In this document: positions 50,314-61,370 of the stretch, one piece after another
How the letters are laid out: every line of letters starts with the position of its first letter
Numbering within the stretch: the stretch's first letter is position 1
Origin: Utricularia gibba
Taxonomy: Eukaryota; Plantae; Magnoliophyta
NCBI GenBank assembly: GCA_002189035.1
Contig: CM007989.1
Coordinates: forward strand, 1,116,001-1,180,000
DNA: 64,000 nt
Direction of reading: 5' to 3'
Translations under genes and position numbers: made by a program
The notes under the pieces: generated by a model
What the model was told of the DNA's origin: nothing
Databases searched by the model: none
Seen by the model: only the letters and a program-made list of their open reading frames with translations

Positions 50314-53300
50314 ATGGCGATGAACACTGGAGGAAGGCTTGTCGCCGGCTCTCACAATAGAAACGAGTTTGTGCTAATTAATGCGGATGAAATTGGAAGG
50401 GTATCCCTTTCTTTCTCATGGCTCTTCTTGGTTCTTCTACTCATTCCTTTTTTGTAGTTCAAACTCGATCTTTCAGATTCAATTTATGCTTTTTGCTCGC
50501 ACGATTGGGGTAACAGAATTTCGAGGTTTTCATGGATTAGATTTGGGTTTGAAGGCCCTCATATTTGTGCCTCGATCCTCTTCTCCGATTTTTTATTGTA
50601 CGTTTTCTTCTGTGCAAAAAGTGTACCTGCTCGGTGGTTCAGCTACTCCCCTAAAAAAGTTCATTACTTTCCGTAATCCTTTTGCTGGTATTTTTTTATT
50701 TGGTAAAGGTAACGATGATTGATGAGCTTATAAGTCAACGCTTGGTGCCTTGCGACTGTGCAGATTAAATCTGTCCATGAACTTAGCGGGCAGACATGTC
50801 AAATTTGTGGGGACGAACTGGAGATAACTGTGGATGGAGAACTCTTTGTTGCCTGCAATGAATGTGCTTTTCCAGTTTGCAGAACATGCTACGAGTACGA
50901 GAGAAGGGAAGGCAGCCAATGTTGTCCCCAATGCAAGACCAGATACAAGCGCATCAAAGGTAACTTGCGTTGCCTGTTTTATGCTCTCTCTTTTCTGTAG
51001 GTGTTTTATCAGCGTTGTCTGATCATAAATTGTTTAATAGGTAGCCCAAGAGTTGAAGGAGATGAGGATGAGGATGGAGCTGATGATCTGGAGCATGAGT
51101 TTCATTATGAAAATATTGATGCTTTGGGTTTTTTACGAGGTTCCAGTGCCGCAGCTTCTTCATCCATGAATCCAGGGCATAACCTGTCATCCCAGAATCT
51201 TGATATCCCTCTTTTGACTTATGGTGAAGAGGTAGTGTTTTCGTTTTGACCTTCTGAATATTCTTACTCCTAAGTATGTGTTAGCGTTCTAACTTTTGGC
51301 TTTTTTAGGATGCTGAGGACGCAGATAACCAGGATGCTATAATAGTTCCTCCAGCTGTTAGCCATGGAAATGGAATTCAATCATCTCCTTTTATTGGAGA
51401 AAATAGTGAGTTGTTGTTTCCTTTGGGAACATCCTCCTTCATTCTTTTTATGCATTAATTTATTTGGTGTAATCGTTTAGTGGCAACAAATCCCCGACCT
51501 ATGGTGCCCCAAAAAGACACTGCATTATATGGATATGGAAGTGTTGCATGGAAGGATCGTATGGAGGACTGGAAAAAGAGGCAGAATGAAAAACTTCAAG
51601 TGGTAAAACATCAGGGAAATGATGTAGATGAATATCACCCAGGATTGCCTATGTGAGTACTTGTAATCTGCTGCTGTGTTATTATCAGCTGTCACTTGAG
51701 GTGATTGGAAGGTGCATAAGATTGTTTCTTTGTCCTGTCACTTGATTTTCAGGATGGATGAAGGGCGGCAGCCACTGTCAAGGAAGTTACCCATTGCTTC
51801 TAGCAAGATAAATCCTTACAGAATGATAATTGTCCTACGGCTTGCGATTCTTGGATTATTTTTTCACTACCGTGTACTCAACCCTGTACGTGATGCATTT
51901 GGCTTGTGGTTGACATCCGTTATTTGTGAAATATGGTTTGGTGTGTCATGGATTCTCGACCAGTTCCCAAAATGGTATCCTATTGAAAGGGAAACATATC
52001 TTGACAGGCTATCTCTCAGGTATATATTACTGTGATGATCATGGCTTGTTGAATGTAAGGAAGCTTGACTGAATGGTATTTTTTCAGGTACGAAAAAGAA
52101 GGGCAACCCTCAGAGTTGGCGGATATTGATGTATTTGTCAGCACGGTGGATCCTATGAAAGAGCCTCCATTGATTACAGCAAACACTGTTCTCTCCATTC
52201 TTGCAGCAGATTATCCGGTTGAAAAAATATCGTGCTATGTATCAGATGATGGTGCAGCAATGCTCACTTTCGAAGCTCTTTCAGAGACATCAGAATTTGC
52301 TCGAAAATGGGTTCCATTTTGCAAGAAGTTCAATATTGAGCCACGTGCTCCAGAGTGGTACTTTTGTCATAAGATGGACTATCTGAAAAACAAGGTTCAT
52401 CCTGCATTTGTCCGGGAAAGGCGTGCCATGAAGGTTTTTATCTGCTACCAGTCTTTGTTTCAAATATTCAGATGCCTAGCCTCTTACACCTCCAACAAAA
52501 TAGTTCAAAACAACATGGTTTTTAAATGTTTTTTTTTTTTTTTTTTATGGTGCACAGAGAGATTATGATGAGTTCAAAGTTCGTATCAACCAGTTGGTGG
52601 CTACTGCAGAAAAGGTTCCTGAGGATGGTTGGACAATGCAAGATGGTACATCCTGGCCTGGTAACAACGTCCGGGACCATCCTGGTATGATACAGGTTAG
52701 TGTAGTCCCTAACTTGCCTCTTCCATTCCTTGTTGCTTAGAGTTAGAGGGGTGCTCCCTATGTCATTTGATTTATAGGAGTCACCATGTTCGAAAACAGG
52801 ATATCGATTGAAAGGCTGCCCAATGTTCTGTCTTTATCATCCATCACTTTCAGTGCATTTGATGCTGGAAAGTGGAGTCTGTTTATAGCATACTACTCCT
52901 GATGTCACAAATGAGTCTGTGCACAGCATGTGGATAAGCACATTTTATTTGAACAGGTGTTTCTTGGAAACGATGGTTTTCGGGACGTTGAAGGCAATAT
53001 GCTCCCCCGACTGGTGTATGTTTCTCGTGAAAAACGACCTGGATTTGAGCATCATAAGAAAGCTGGTGCCATGAATGCCCTGGTATATTGTCTTGACCAT
53101 GTGCAATATTGCTAGTTTGCTCTAATGTGCTTTTAGTCATGGAAAATCACCAGTTGCCGAGCTTTATCTTGTTATCTGACTGCCACTTATTCTCTTATAA
53201 AACATACAGATCCGTGTTTCAGCTGTCTTGTCAAATGCTCCTTACCTCCTAAATGTCGACTGTGATCACTACATGAATAACAGCAAAGCTCTGAGAGAAG

Positions 53301-55147
53301 CAATGTGTTTCATGATGGATCCCACTTCAGGAAAGAAAGTATGCTATGTGCAGTTTCCGCAGAGATTCGATGGGATTGATCGCCACGATAGATACTCCAA
53401 TCGTAATGTTGTGTTCTTCGACGTATGTCTCGCATTATCTCTTCATCTGTCTGGTATCTAAATACTCTTTTTAGGTGACAAATCAAGTGAAACTGTGAAA
53501 TTCTTGCAGATCAATATGAAGGGGTTGGATGGTCTTCAAGGGCCTATATATGTTGGAACTGGATGTGTCTTTAGAAGACAAGCACTTTATGGAAATGATG
53601 CACCTCTCAAGAAGAAGCAGCCTAGCAAAACCTGCAACTGCTTGCCGAAATGGTTCTGCTGTTGCCGCTCCAGGAAAAACAAGAAGGGTAAAGCGAAGAA
53701 TGAAGGTAAGAAGTCTAAGCACAGAGAAGCCTCAAAGCAAATTCATGCCCTTGAAACAATTGAAGAAGGTGCTGAAGGTTGGTGTCGTTTTTTCATTCTG
53801 TTTTCCAACTTAAATATTTCAACATAAAAAGGTCTCAGCTGAAGTGTCTCCATGAAACAGAACCAAAACCTGTTTTCACTCCCCCCCTCTCACAAGAGAA
53901 ACTGGAGAAAAGATTTGGACAGTCCCCTGTTTTCGTGGTTTCAACTCTAGTTCCAGATGGGGGAGTTCCGAAGACTATCAGCTCCACAACACTTTTAAAG
54001 GAAGCCATTCATGTCATCAGCTGTGGTTACGAAGACAAGTCAGAGTGGGGAAAGGAGGTAAGCCATCACCTTAAGCTTGCTCACTCTTCCCAATTTCACT
54101 TATTACAATGGAGTGTCTCCCTTTACCAGATTGGGTGGATATACGGCTCGGTGACAGAAGATATCTTGACGGGTTTCAAGATGCATTGCCACGGGTGGCG
54201 TTCTGTTTACTGTATGCCAAAGAGGCCTGCATTTAAAGGATCTGCCCCCATTAACTTGTCCGATCGTCTTCACCAAGTTCTCAGGTGGGCTCTTGGGTCG
54301 GTTGAGATTTTTCTGAGCCGGTACTGTCCAATCTGGTATGGATACGGTGGAGGACTGAAATGGCTGGAGAGGTTTTCGTACATAAATTCGGTTGTCTACC
54401 CATGGACTTCAATACCGTTGCTTGTATACTGCACACTGCCAGCCATCTGTCTGCTCACCGGGAAATTCATCGTGCCGGAGGTATGCCCTGAGTCTGCGCT
54501 GCATAATTTGATGAATGCTGATCTTTCCGGCTAACGTGAAAAAACACACACTGCTACAGATCAGCAACTATGCGAGCATCGTTTTCATGGCCCTCTTCAT
54601 GTCGATTGCCGTGACGAGTATACTGGAGATGCAATGGGGCGGCGTGGGGCTGGACGACTGGTGGAGAAACGAGCAGTTTTGGGTGATCGGAGGAGTCTCC
54701 TCCCACCTGTTCGCTCTATTCCAGGGGCTACTCAAGGTTCTCGCCGGAGTGAGCACCAACTTCACAGTGACCTCCAAGGGCGGAGACGACGGGGAGTTCT
54801 CGGAGCTGTACGTCTTCAAATGGACGTCCCTGCTGATCCCCCCCACGACCCTGCTGATCCTGAACGTGGTCGGCGTGGTGGTGGGCGTCGCCGACGCCAT
54901 CAACAACGGGTACGACTCCTGGGGTCCCCTGTTCGGGAAGCTCTTCTTCGCGATCTGGGTCATCATGCATCTCTACCCCTTCCTCAAGGGATTGTCCGGG
55001 AAGCAGGAAAGAGTCCCCACCGTGATCATCATCTGGTCCATCCTCCTCGCCTCCATACTCACCCTGGTCTGGGTTCGGGTCAACCCCTTCGTGTCCCGAG
55101 ACGGCCCGGTGCTCGAAATCTGCGGGCTCAACTGCAACGACGAGTAG
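50314..55147 (+). CDS. CESA6: Cellulose synthase A catalytic subunit, CESA2/5/6/9 clade; about 14 exons, intact (ATG 50314 or 50320)
   Basis: [28 protein letters not shown]-type CQICGD...[10 protein letters not shown]...CPQC, FVSTVDP, VSDDG, NVDCDH, GSVTED, QVLRW, and the C-terminal transmembrane block ending ICGLNCNDE*. Confidence 0.97.
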
Positions 55148-56018
55148 TCGGCCGGAGCCCCGCATTCAAGACGTTGTTTTTTGTCATGTGTAGATATGTC
55201 AAAGAAGCCAGGGGGGGAGATGCCTTCATTTGTTGCTACTACGAGTCCTGAAAGTTTGATTATTCTTTGGTTGCCATTCAGCCACGTGTACCAGCCACCT
55301 CATTGTTTTTATTGTCTTTTTTAAATTACATTATTATACTTATTACTTTTACAAAATTATCTCATTATTAATCTTTATTTTAAATATATAAATAAAATGT
55401 TTGATATTATAGTATGGAAGATATATACATAAGTTTACACATTAATGACAGACTTGTAATTAATCACATACTTATTTTGTAAGTATGTGTGTAATATATA
55501 CAAATAGACTGATGCTTCTATTATTGTATATTAAATATTATATATAATTGATTATATTCATATTCAATTACAGTATACTTAAATATATTAATACATTACT
55601 ATCAAATTAACTCTAAAATAAATATGAAAATGTACAGCAAGGATAATTATTTTTTGTTACGCTCGATTAAAAGGAAAATCTTGGACTAGGTCAAGTCAAC
55701 GAATCTGCGCACCACCGCCATGTGGCCCCCACTTTTGAAAATCGCCCGCCTTTGATTAATCCGGTAATTTTGACTTTCTCTTCTGCATGTGGCCAAAATT
55801 AGTATATTTAAACATTTTTTTAAAAAAAAACCTTCGACAAAGAGTCTAAGGGCAAATATGCATGGCGATGGGTAAATGGTAATTTAAGGGTTTGTCACCT
55901 GCAACTTCCGAGCCTGCGGCTGGAGATCGGGATCAGGACAACCCTCCGACCATTTTGTCAACCTTTCTTTTGGGTCAGATTTTGAAACCATATACCCGAC
56001 TGATAATCTGCCCGTGCC

Positions 56019-56024
56019 TATAAA
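56019..56024 (+). promoter_or_regulatory. Probable TATA box of the ERF gene
   Basis: cctataaaga about 100 nt upstream of the conserved LKVAN codons. Confidence 0.55.
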
Positions 56025-56048
56025 GATGCTTTTCAAGTATCCCATCAG

Positions 56049-56885
56049 TTGAAACCAACATGTGGTGTTGAATTCTTAGGTGGTTTTTCTCTGAAAAGTC
56101 CGGAGAAGAACGGTATATTGAAGGTGGCGAATCCAGGGGATGATGATTCATTTGGTTCCTGGGATGAGCAAGAATTTGCTGGGAATGGAGGAGACGATTT
56201 GATTCCCGGGGTTCGAAGAGACCGCGAGATGACTTCGATGGTATCGGCGCTGGCCCGGGTGGTCGCCGGAGAATCGGATAACGCCGCGGCTGGAGGCGAG
56301 TCTCCGACGAGATTTTCCCCTCTGTGCAAAAGAGGACGTGAAGAGGAGGAGAGTAGCAGTAGTGGTGCTCCTCAAACACTGATACGATCTGCGGAATCGA
56401 CGGTGTACACATACACCGCTGAGACCCCCGGTTTTACCACGGAACCGCCGGGGAGGAGGTACAGGGGCGTAAGGCAGCGTCCCTGGGGGAAATGGGCGGC
56501 GGAAATAAGGGATCCACACAAGGCGGCAAGGGTTTGGTTGGGTACTTTCGACACGGCGGAGGCGGCGGCAATGGCGTACGACAAGGAGGCTCTTAAGTAC
56601 CGCGGCAGCAAGGCGAAGCTCAACTTCCCAGAGAATGTAAAACTGCTCGACGGCCACAATCATCGCCGGAGAAGCCACAACGAACCGTCTCCTGTTGTTC
56701 CAAGTCATGGATCAGCACAATTTCAGGAAAATGAAGCCAACTACAGCATGTACAGTTCTCTGGAGGATGCCGCAGCAGAATTCTATCCACCGCCGCCACC
56801 GGGTATCTCCGACATATGGCCGGAGAGCACCGGAAGCAAGAGCAGCGGGGACGACTTCTCATGGAAGGACACACCTAGTTCGTGA
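56049..56885 (+). CDS. ABR1: AP2/ERF transcription factor, group X (ABR1/ERF110-like); start codon unresolved (first in-frame ATG at 56229)
   Basis: [21 protein letters not shown], and AP2 domain [40 protein letters not shown]...[12 protein letters not shown]. Confidence 0.9.
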   Translation: MKPTCGVEFLGGFSLKSPEKNGILKVANPGDDDSFGSWDEQEFAGNGGDDLIPGVRRDREMTSMVSALARVVAGESDNAAAGGESPTRFSPLCKRGREEEESSSSGAPQTLIRSAESTVYTYTAETPGFTTEPPGRRYRGVRQRPWGKWAAEIRDPHKAARVWLGTFDTAEAAAMAYDKEALKYRGSKAKLNFPENVKLLDGHNHRRRSHNEPSPVVPSHGSAQFQENEANYSMYSSLEDAAAEFYPPPPPGISDIWPESTGSKSSGDDFSWKDTPSS

Positions 56886-57503
56886 TTACCCTAAAATACA
56901 AAGCCACATTCATTGCAATGTTTCATTTCCATTGTACTCCTTTTTGGCAAGAAAAACAAACTCAAGCCTCAGCCTAATATCATCCTATTTCAAAATGTTG
57001 AATTCCTTTGTTGGTTTCAATACTCAATAGTATCATTCATAGAAATTCGAAATATATCATATGATACTATAATTAAATCAATAGATACAATCGATCACAT
57101 CGATATAACATATCAATAATATGATAAAAACATCACTAAACATCATAATTAGTGACATAATTTTGCTCTCTTCTTGCACAATGGATATAAACCCTAATGC
57201 TAGATTAAAGGGCTTGGTTTATATTTGAACTTTATAACGGCGTGAATCCAAACGATTTGGAATTACATATGAGATATCTAAAGTTTGTCAATCAAACATG
57301 ATATTTTATTTTAAATAAGAATGGAATTTTTATTTTAAAATTTTATTCTTTTATTTTCACCTCTATTTTCTCTCTGTCGCTAGATATTTTTGTGATTTTT
57401 TTTTTAAGAATTATTAAAAAGATTACCGTCGCTATTTCTATTTGGTTCTCCTGGAGCGGCAACCGCCCTGTGAATTCAAATGAGGAGAAGCTCCGAGAGG
57501 AGG

Positions 57504-59004
57504 ATGACTTGCTCGGCCACCGCCGCCGCGGGGTCGTCATTTTTATGGTCTCGGTTGTGGCGGAGGGGATCGGAGTGAATTGGGGGACGCAAGCTGCACA
57601 GAATCTCGACCCTGCCACGGTGGTGCAGATGCTCAAGGACAATAAAATTGACAAAATCAAGCTTTTTGATTCCGATCCTTTCAACGTTAACGCCTTCGCG
57701 GGAACCGGCATTGACGTCATGCTCGCTATTCCGAACGATCAGTTGCACGATATTGCTGATGACTACGGGAATGCCGATGATTGGGTCCTGGAGAATGTCG
57801 TCCAGAATATGCAGAACGGCATAAAAATCAGGTTAGTAACTCCGACGCGGTCTTGACATTCAATGTTTTGCGTCGCCGGACAATCTGAATATTGGATTTT
57901 ATGAAGGTACGTGGCGGTTGGAAACGAGCCGTTTTTGAAAAGCTACAATGGGTCGTTTCAGGGCATAATATTTCCGGCGCTGCAGAACATCCAGAAGGCG
58001 ATAAACGAGCAAGGATTAGGTGACAAAGTCAAAGCCACAATTCCGCAAAATGCCGACGTTTACGATTCCGGTGGCGGAGGCCCATCAGATGGGAACTTCC
58101 GGTCGGACATTCGAAGCCTCATGATACAAATCGTCCGTTTTCTACAAGACAACAACGCCCCCTTCCTCGTCAACATCTACCCTTTCCTCAGTTTATACGA
58201 GAACCCCAATTTCCCGATGGCTTACGCGTTCTTCGATGGCGGCGCTAAGCCGGTGATGGACAAAGGAACGGCCTACACGAATATGGTGGATGCGAACCTC
58301 GATACCCTCGTCTGGTCCCTGAAAAGAGCCGGCGCCGAGAAAGTTAAAATCATCATCGGAGAAATTGGGTGGCCGACAGACGGCCACAAAGACGCAAACC
58401 CCGATATGGCGAAGAAATTCTACGATGGCTGGTTCAAGAAAATGGCAACCAAAAAAGGAACCCCCAAATACCCAGTAGACATTGAATATTACATTTTCAG
58501 CCTCACGGACGAGAATCTGAAGAGTGTCGCACCAGGGGATTTCGAGCGTCACTGGGGATCTTCGGATACGACGGCCAGCCGAAGTTTACGGTGGATTTCA
58601 CGGGGAGACAGAACGACAAGATGCCGGTGGCCGGACAAAATGTGACTTACCGTACTGCGCAGTGGTGCGTTCTGGACCCAGAAATGACCGACGCCGTGAA
58701 CATTGGAGATAATATGAACTACGCTTGCTCTTACGGAGACTGCACGCCGCTGAATCACGACAGTCCCTGCGCGAAGATGGAGCCCATTAACAGGACGTCG
58801 TATGCGTTCAACATCTTTTACCAAATGAGTAATCAGGAGGACCGTGCGTGCGATTTTGAGGGGTTGGGGAAGATCGTGGATATGAATGCTTCCACCAGCC
58901 AGTGTAATTTTCCCATCGCATTGACGAGCGCCGCCGACCGGGCAGCAGGGGCGGCCGCCGGAGCCGTCGTTTACATCTTTTTGCTGGTTTTAGCTTCCAT
59001 TTAA
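57504..59004 (+). CDS. Glucan endo-1,3-beta-glucosidase (GH17) with X8/CBM43 domain and GPI-type tail; 2 exons; two -1 frameshifts
   Basis: [20 protein letters not shown] and IGEIGWPT (both catalytic Glu), FERHWG, X8 WCV...[11 protein letters not shown]...SYAFN.FYQ...CDFEGLG, and a hydrophobic C-terminus. Confidence 0.95.
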
Positions 59005-59146
59005 GATAAAAAACCGAAACTTTTTAGTGCCCATCTTTCTAAGAAACTCTCATCCTGTGTAACGAAACCATATGTTTTCTAAGTTCGCAAGCATTTCTCC
59101 TAATCAAAGCCTCTCGCTGTTGGGACATGTCATCTCCATCAAAGCT

Positions 59147-60637
59147 TCATGAAACTCTGCTGGTTTGTTTCGAGGAGATTCTTCTAGAATGCTTTGGTGA
59201 CTCTGTTCTTGCAGCCAAGTAAACATCGTCCAGAAATCCTCTCTGTGGATATTCTTCGGGAACAAGGCTTCTGTAGACCTCAAAGCTCTCATCAGCTTCC
59301 TGTTTTTTCCCCAGTAGCCCGTAAACGATGCCCTGCAACACAATGTTAAGCCACCAAGATGCACTCAACTTCATGAACTTCCTAAAATCGCTTCAAACGT
59401 TTCAAATTTCTGCATCAAACAGGCTCTAAGAGCCATCAACTCATTAGCAACCTGGCACAGAAAAGGTCGAAAATCCCTTGGATTCTCAGCGATAAGTGAT
59501 TGGAACTTCAACAGCGCCTCCTCCAGTTCTCCCTGTAAAAAGACAAGGTTTTCATTTTTACATAGGGGAAACACAATGGTGATGAAGCAACAGCAGTAGA
59601 GTGAAGCAAAGAGATTACCTTTACTACATGCATTTGTGCAATCAAGATTTTGATGCTTCGCTCTTCGTTCACCTTTTTTCCTTGTCGAGCAGTCTCCAGA
59701 GCCCCGTACAGCATCTCGAACACAGCTGGACCTTCCAATTTCTTATGCATCACCATGGCGAGACCCTGCCATAGAAGAGTAATCAGCCTCATAATGCATT
59801 AGACTTGTGTTTAGTAGGCAAGTCCTCATAATAGGGACTTATCTAGAAAAGGTGCCTTTTTCAATTTCTAACACACAATGCCATAGTCAGATTACCTAGT
59901 ATTCAAAGCCTGAGTTTCTAAACCAACACAAAGCAATGGTGGAAGCAGATTAATCAGCAGTTAAACAAACAAACAGAAAGTTAAGTAGCTTATACGTGCA
60001 GAGCTCTGAGCAAGAGAGGATTCTGCTTGAGTATATTCTTGAACAAGCTCTTTGCCTTACTTAAGTCTCCCATCATCTCATAACACAAAGCTTGCAAAAG
60101 CCTCCACTCCATTTCGCTAGGTTGCTGATCAATCATTCTTTCCACATACTCAACAGCTTCTTTCGTCTTCCCATTCCTCATCTTCAAGTTCACAAGCGCC
60201 TTCAGAGTGTCAATATTTCTGGGGTCTCCTTCCAACAATTTCAAAAGCATAATCTCTTCCTCAGTCTCAGCATTCTCCACACGGGCATTTGCTTTTTCCT
60301 CCAAATTCATATTCCCCAAAAAGGGTGCCGCTAGAACAGGCCTCGTCTTCCCATATCCAGCGAAAATAAGTAACCCCAATAAGAAAGCAGCAGCCTTTTC
60401 CACAAAAAACTTAGAAACTTTCTTCGGTGAGGACGTTGAAGCTAAAATCGAAGCGTTTAATGCGAAAGTGTATCGTACGTGGGGGTGTCGGAGTTTGAGG
60501 GAGCCCAAAAGAGACACCGGAAGGGTATTAACAAAAGGTTTCAACAGAATCTGGGTTTTATAACGCGGGAATTCACGGGAATCATAGGTGCTGCTGCTTA
60601 AGCACCCAGTGAAGCTCCCCAAAAACGATGCCGCCAT
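59147..60637 (-). CDS. Chloroplast TPR protein, SLOW GREEN 1-like; 4 exons
   Basis: Transit-like N-terminus; EWRLLQALCYEMMG, PLLLRALH|GLAMVM, EERSIKILIAQMHVV, NPRDFRPFLCQ|GIVY, YRSLVPEEYPQRGFLDDV. Confidence 0.92.
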
Positions 60638-61370
60638 TTTTTTTTGTTGGATGGATCACCGATTGCAGCATCCCATATCAGCTTCACAGGCCGATTTTAT
60701 GCGATGGTAGTGTATTGGGATGCTGTTGAATCTGCATAGGTTTCTTTTAGATGACAAAATGGCATTTTTTTTAATTTTGTTCAATTTAATTTAACCTAAT
60801 AATTTAATGTATTTATAGTTGCGCCATTAAATCGCACCAAATTGCTAGCAGTAGCAGCGCCTGGTTCCTTGTATCGGAATTTGGATCGGAAATGGAGGTT
60901 GAATCCGCTCAGGGAAATTAGAGAGAAACTGAGATATAGCGAAACCCGTTTTGATCACCATAAGATTTCTGATCTTGCAGCTGGATCAAAACCTTGTTGA
61001 AAGTAGAAGAGTGAAGATTACACTTCTATTTTAATTTCTCGATGTGGGTGGGTTTCTGATGAACGCATCTCGATGCTGAATCCTCTTGATTTTTAGTGCG
61101 TTGAGTTATCTTGATGTGTTTCAGAAGGTTAGCGAGCGTTTTCCTGGTTATGAATCTTATATAGGAGGATATACGATTCTGGGGTCTGTCGGCTGACTTC
61201 TTTGCGGTTTAACGCGGCGTTTGGGATTTGGGTGCCCCATTTCTAGGAAGTTTAGAGTGTCTAATTTGTTTCTTGATGGTAGTTGGCGAGCACTGTAGTC
61301 GAATTTCTGTTGGAAGTGTCTGGATTTTTTTGTAATATTTCCAAAGTTGTCGATCACTGAGTAGAAAGAA

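Noticed and set aside
50401-50762. CesA intron 1 donor GTATCCCTTT resembling a U12 5' splice site
   Set aside because: It deviates at +7 from RTATCCTTT and there is no TCCTTAAC-type branch point near the acceptor.
54058-54129. 72-nt in-frame, stop-free CesA intron just before the [11 protein letters not shown] motif
   Set aside because: Normal GT-AG intron at a typical CesA position; among this many short introns a few 3n stop-free ones are expected by chance.
54568-55251. Several long overlapping ORFs over the last CesA exon (similar ones at 56148-56708)
   Set aside because: By-products of high GC3, which removes stop codons from alternative frames.
1-59004. Possible cell-wall gene cluster (PAE9, P4H12, CesA, GH17)
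   Set aside because: The genes are scattered among unrelated housekeeping genes and do not form one pathway.
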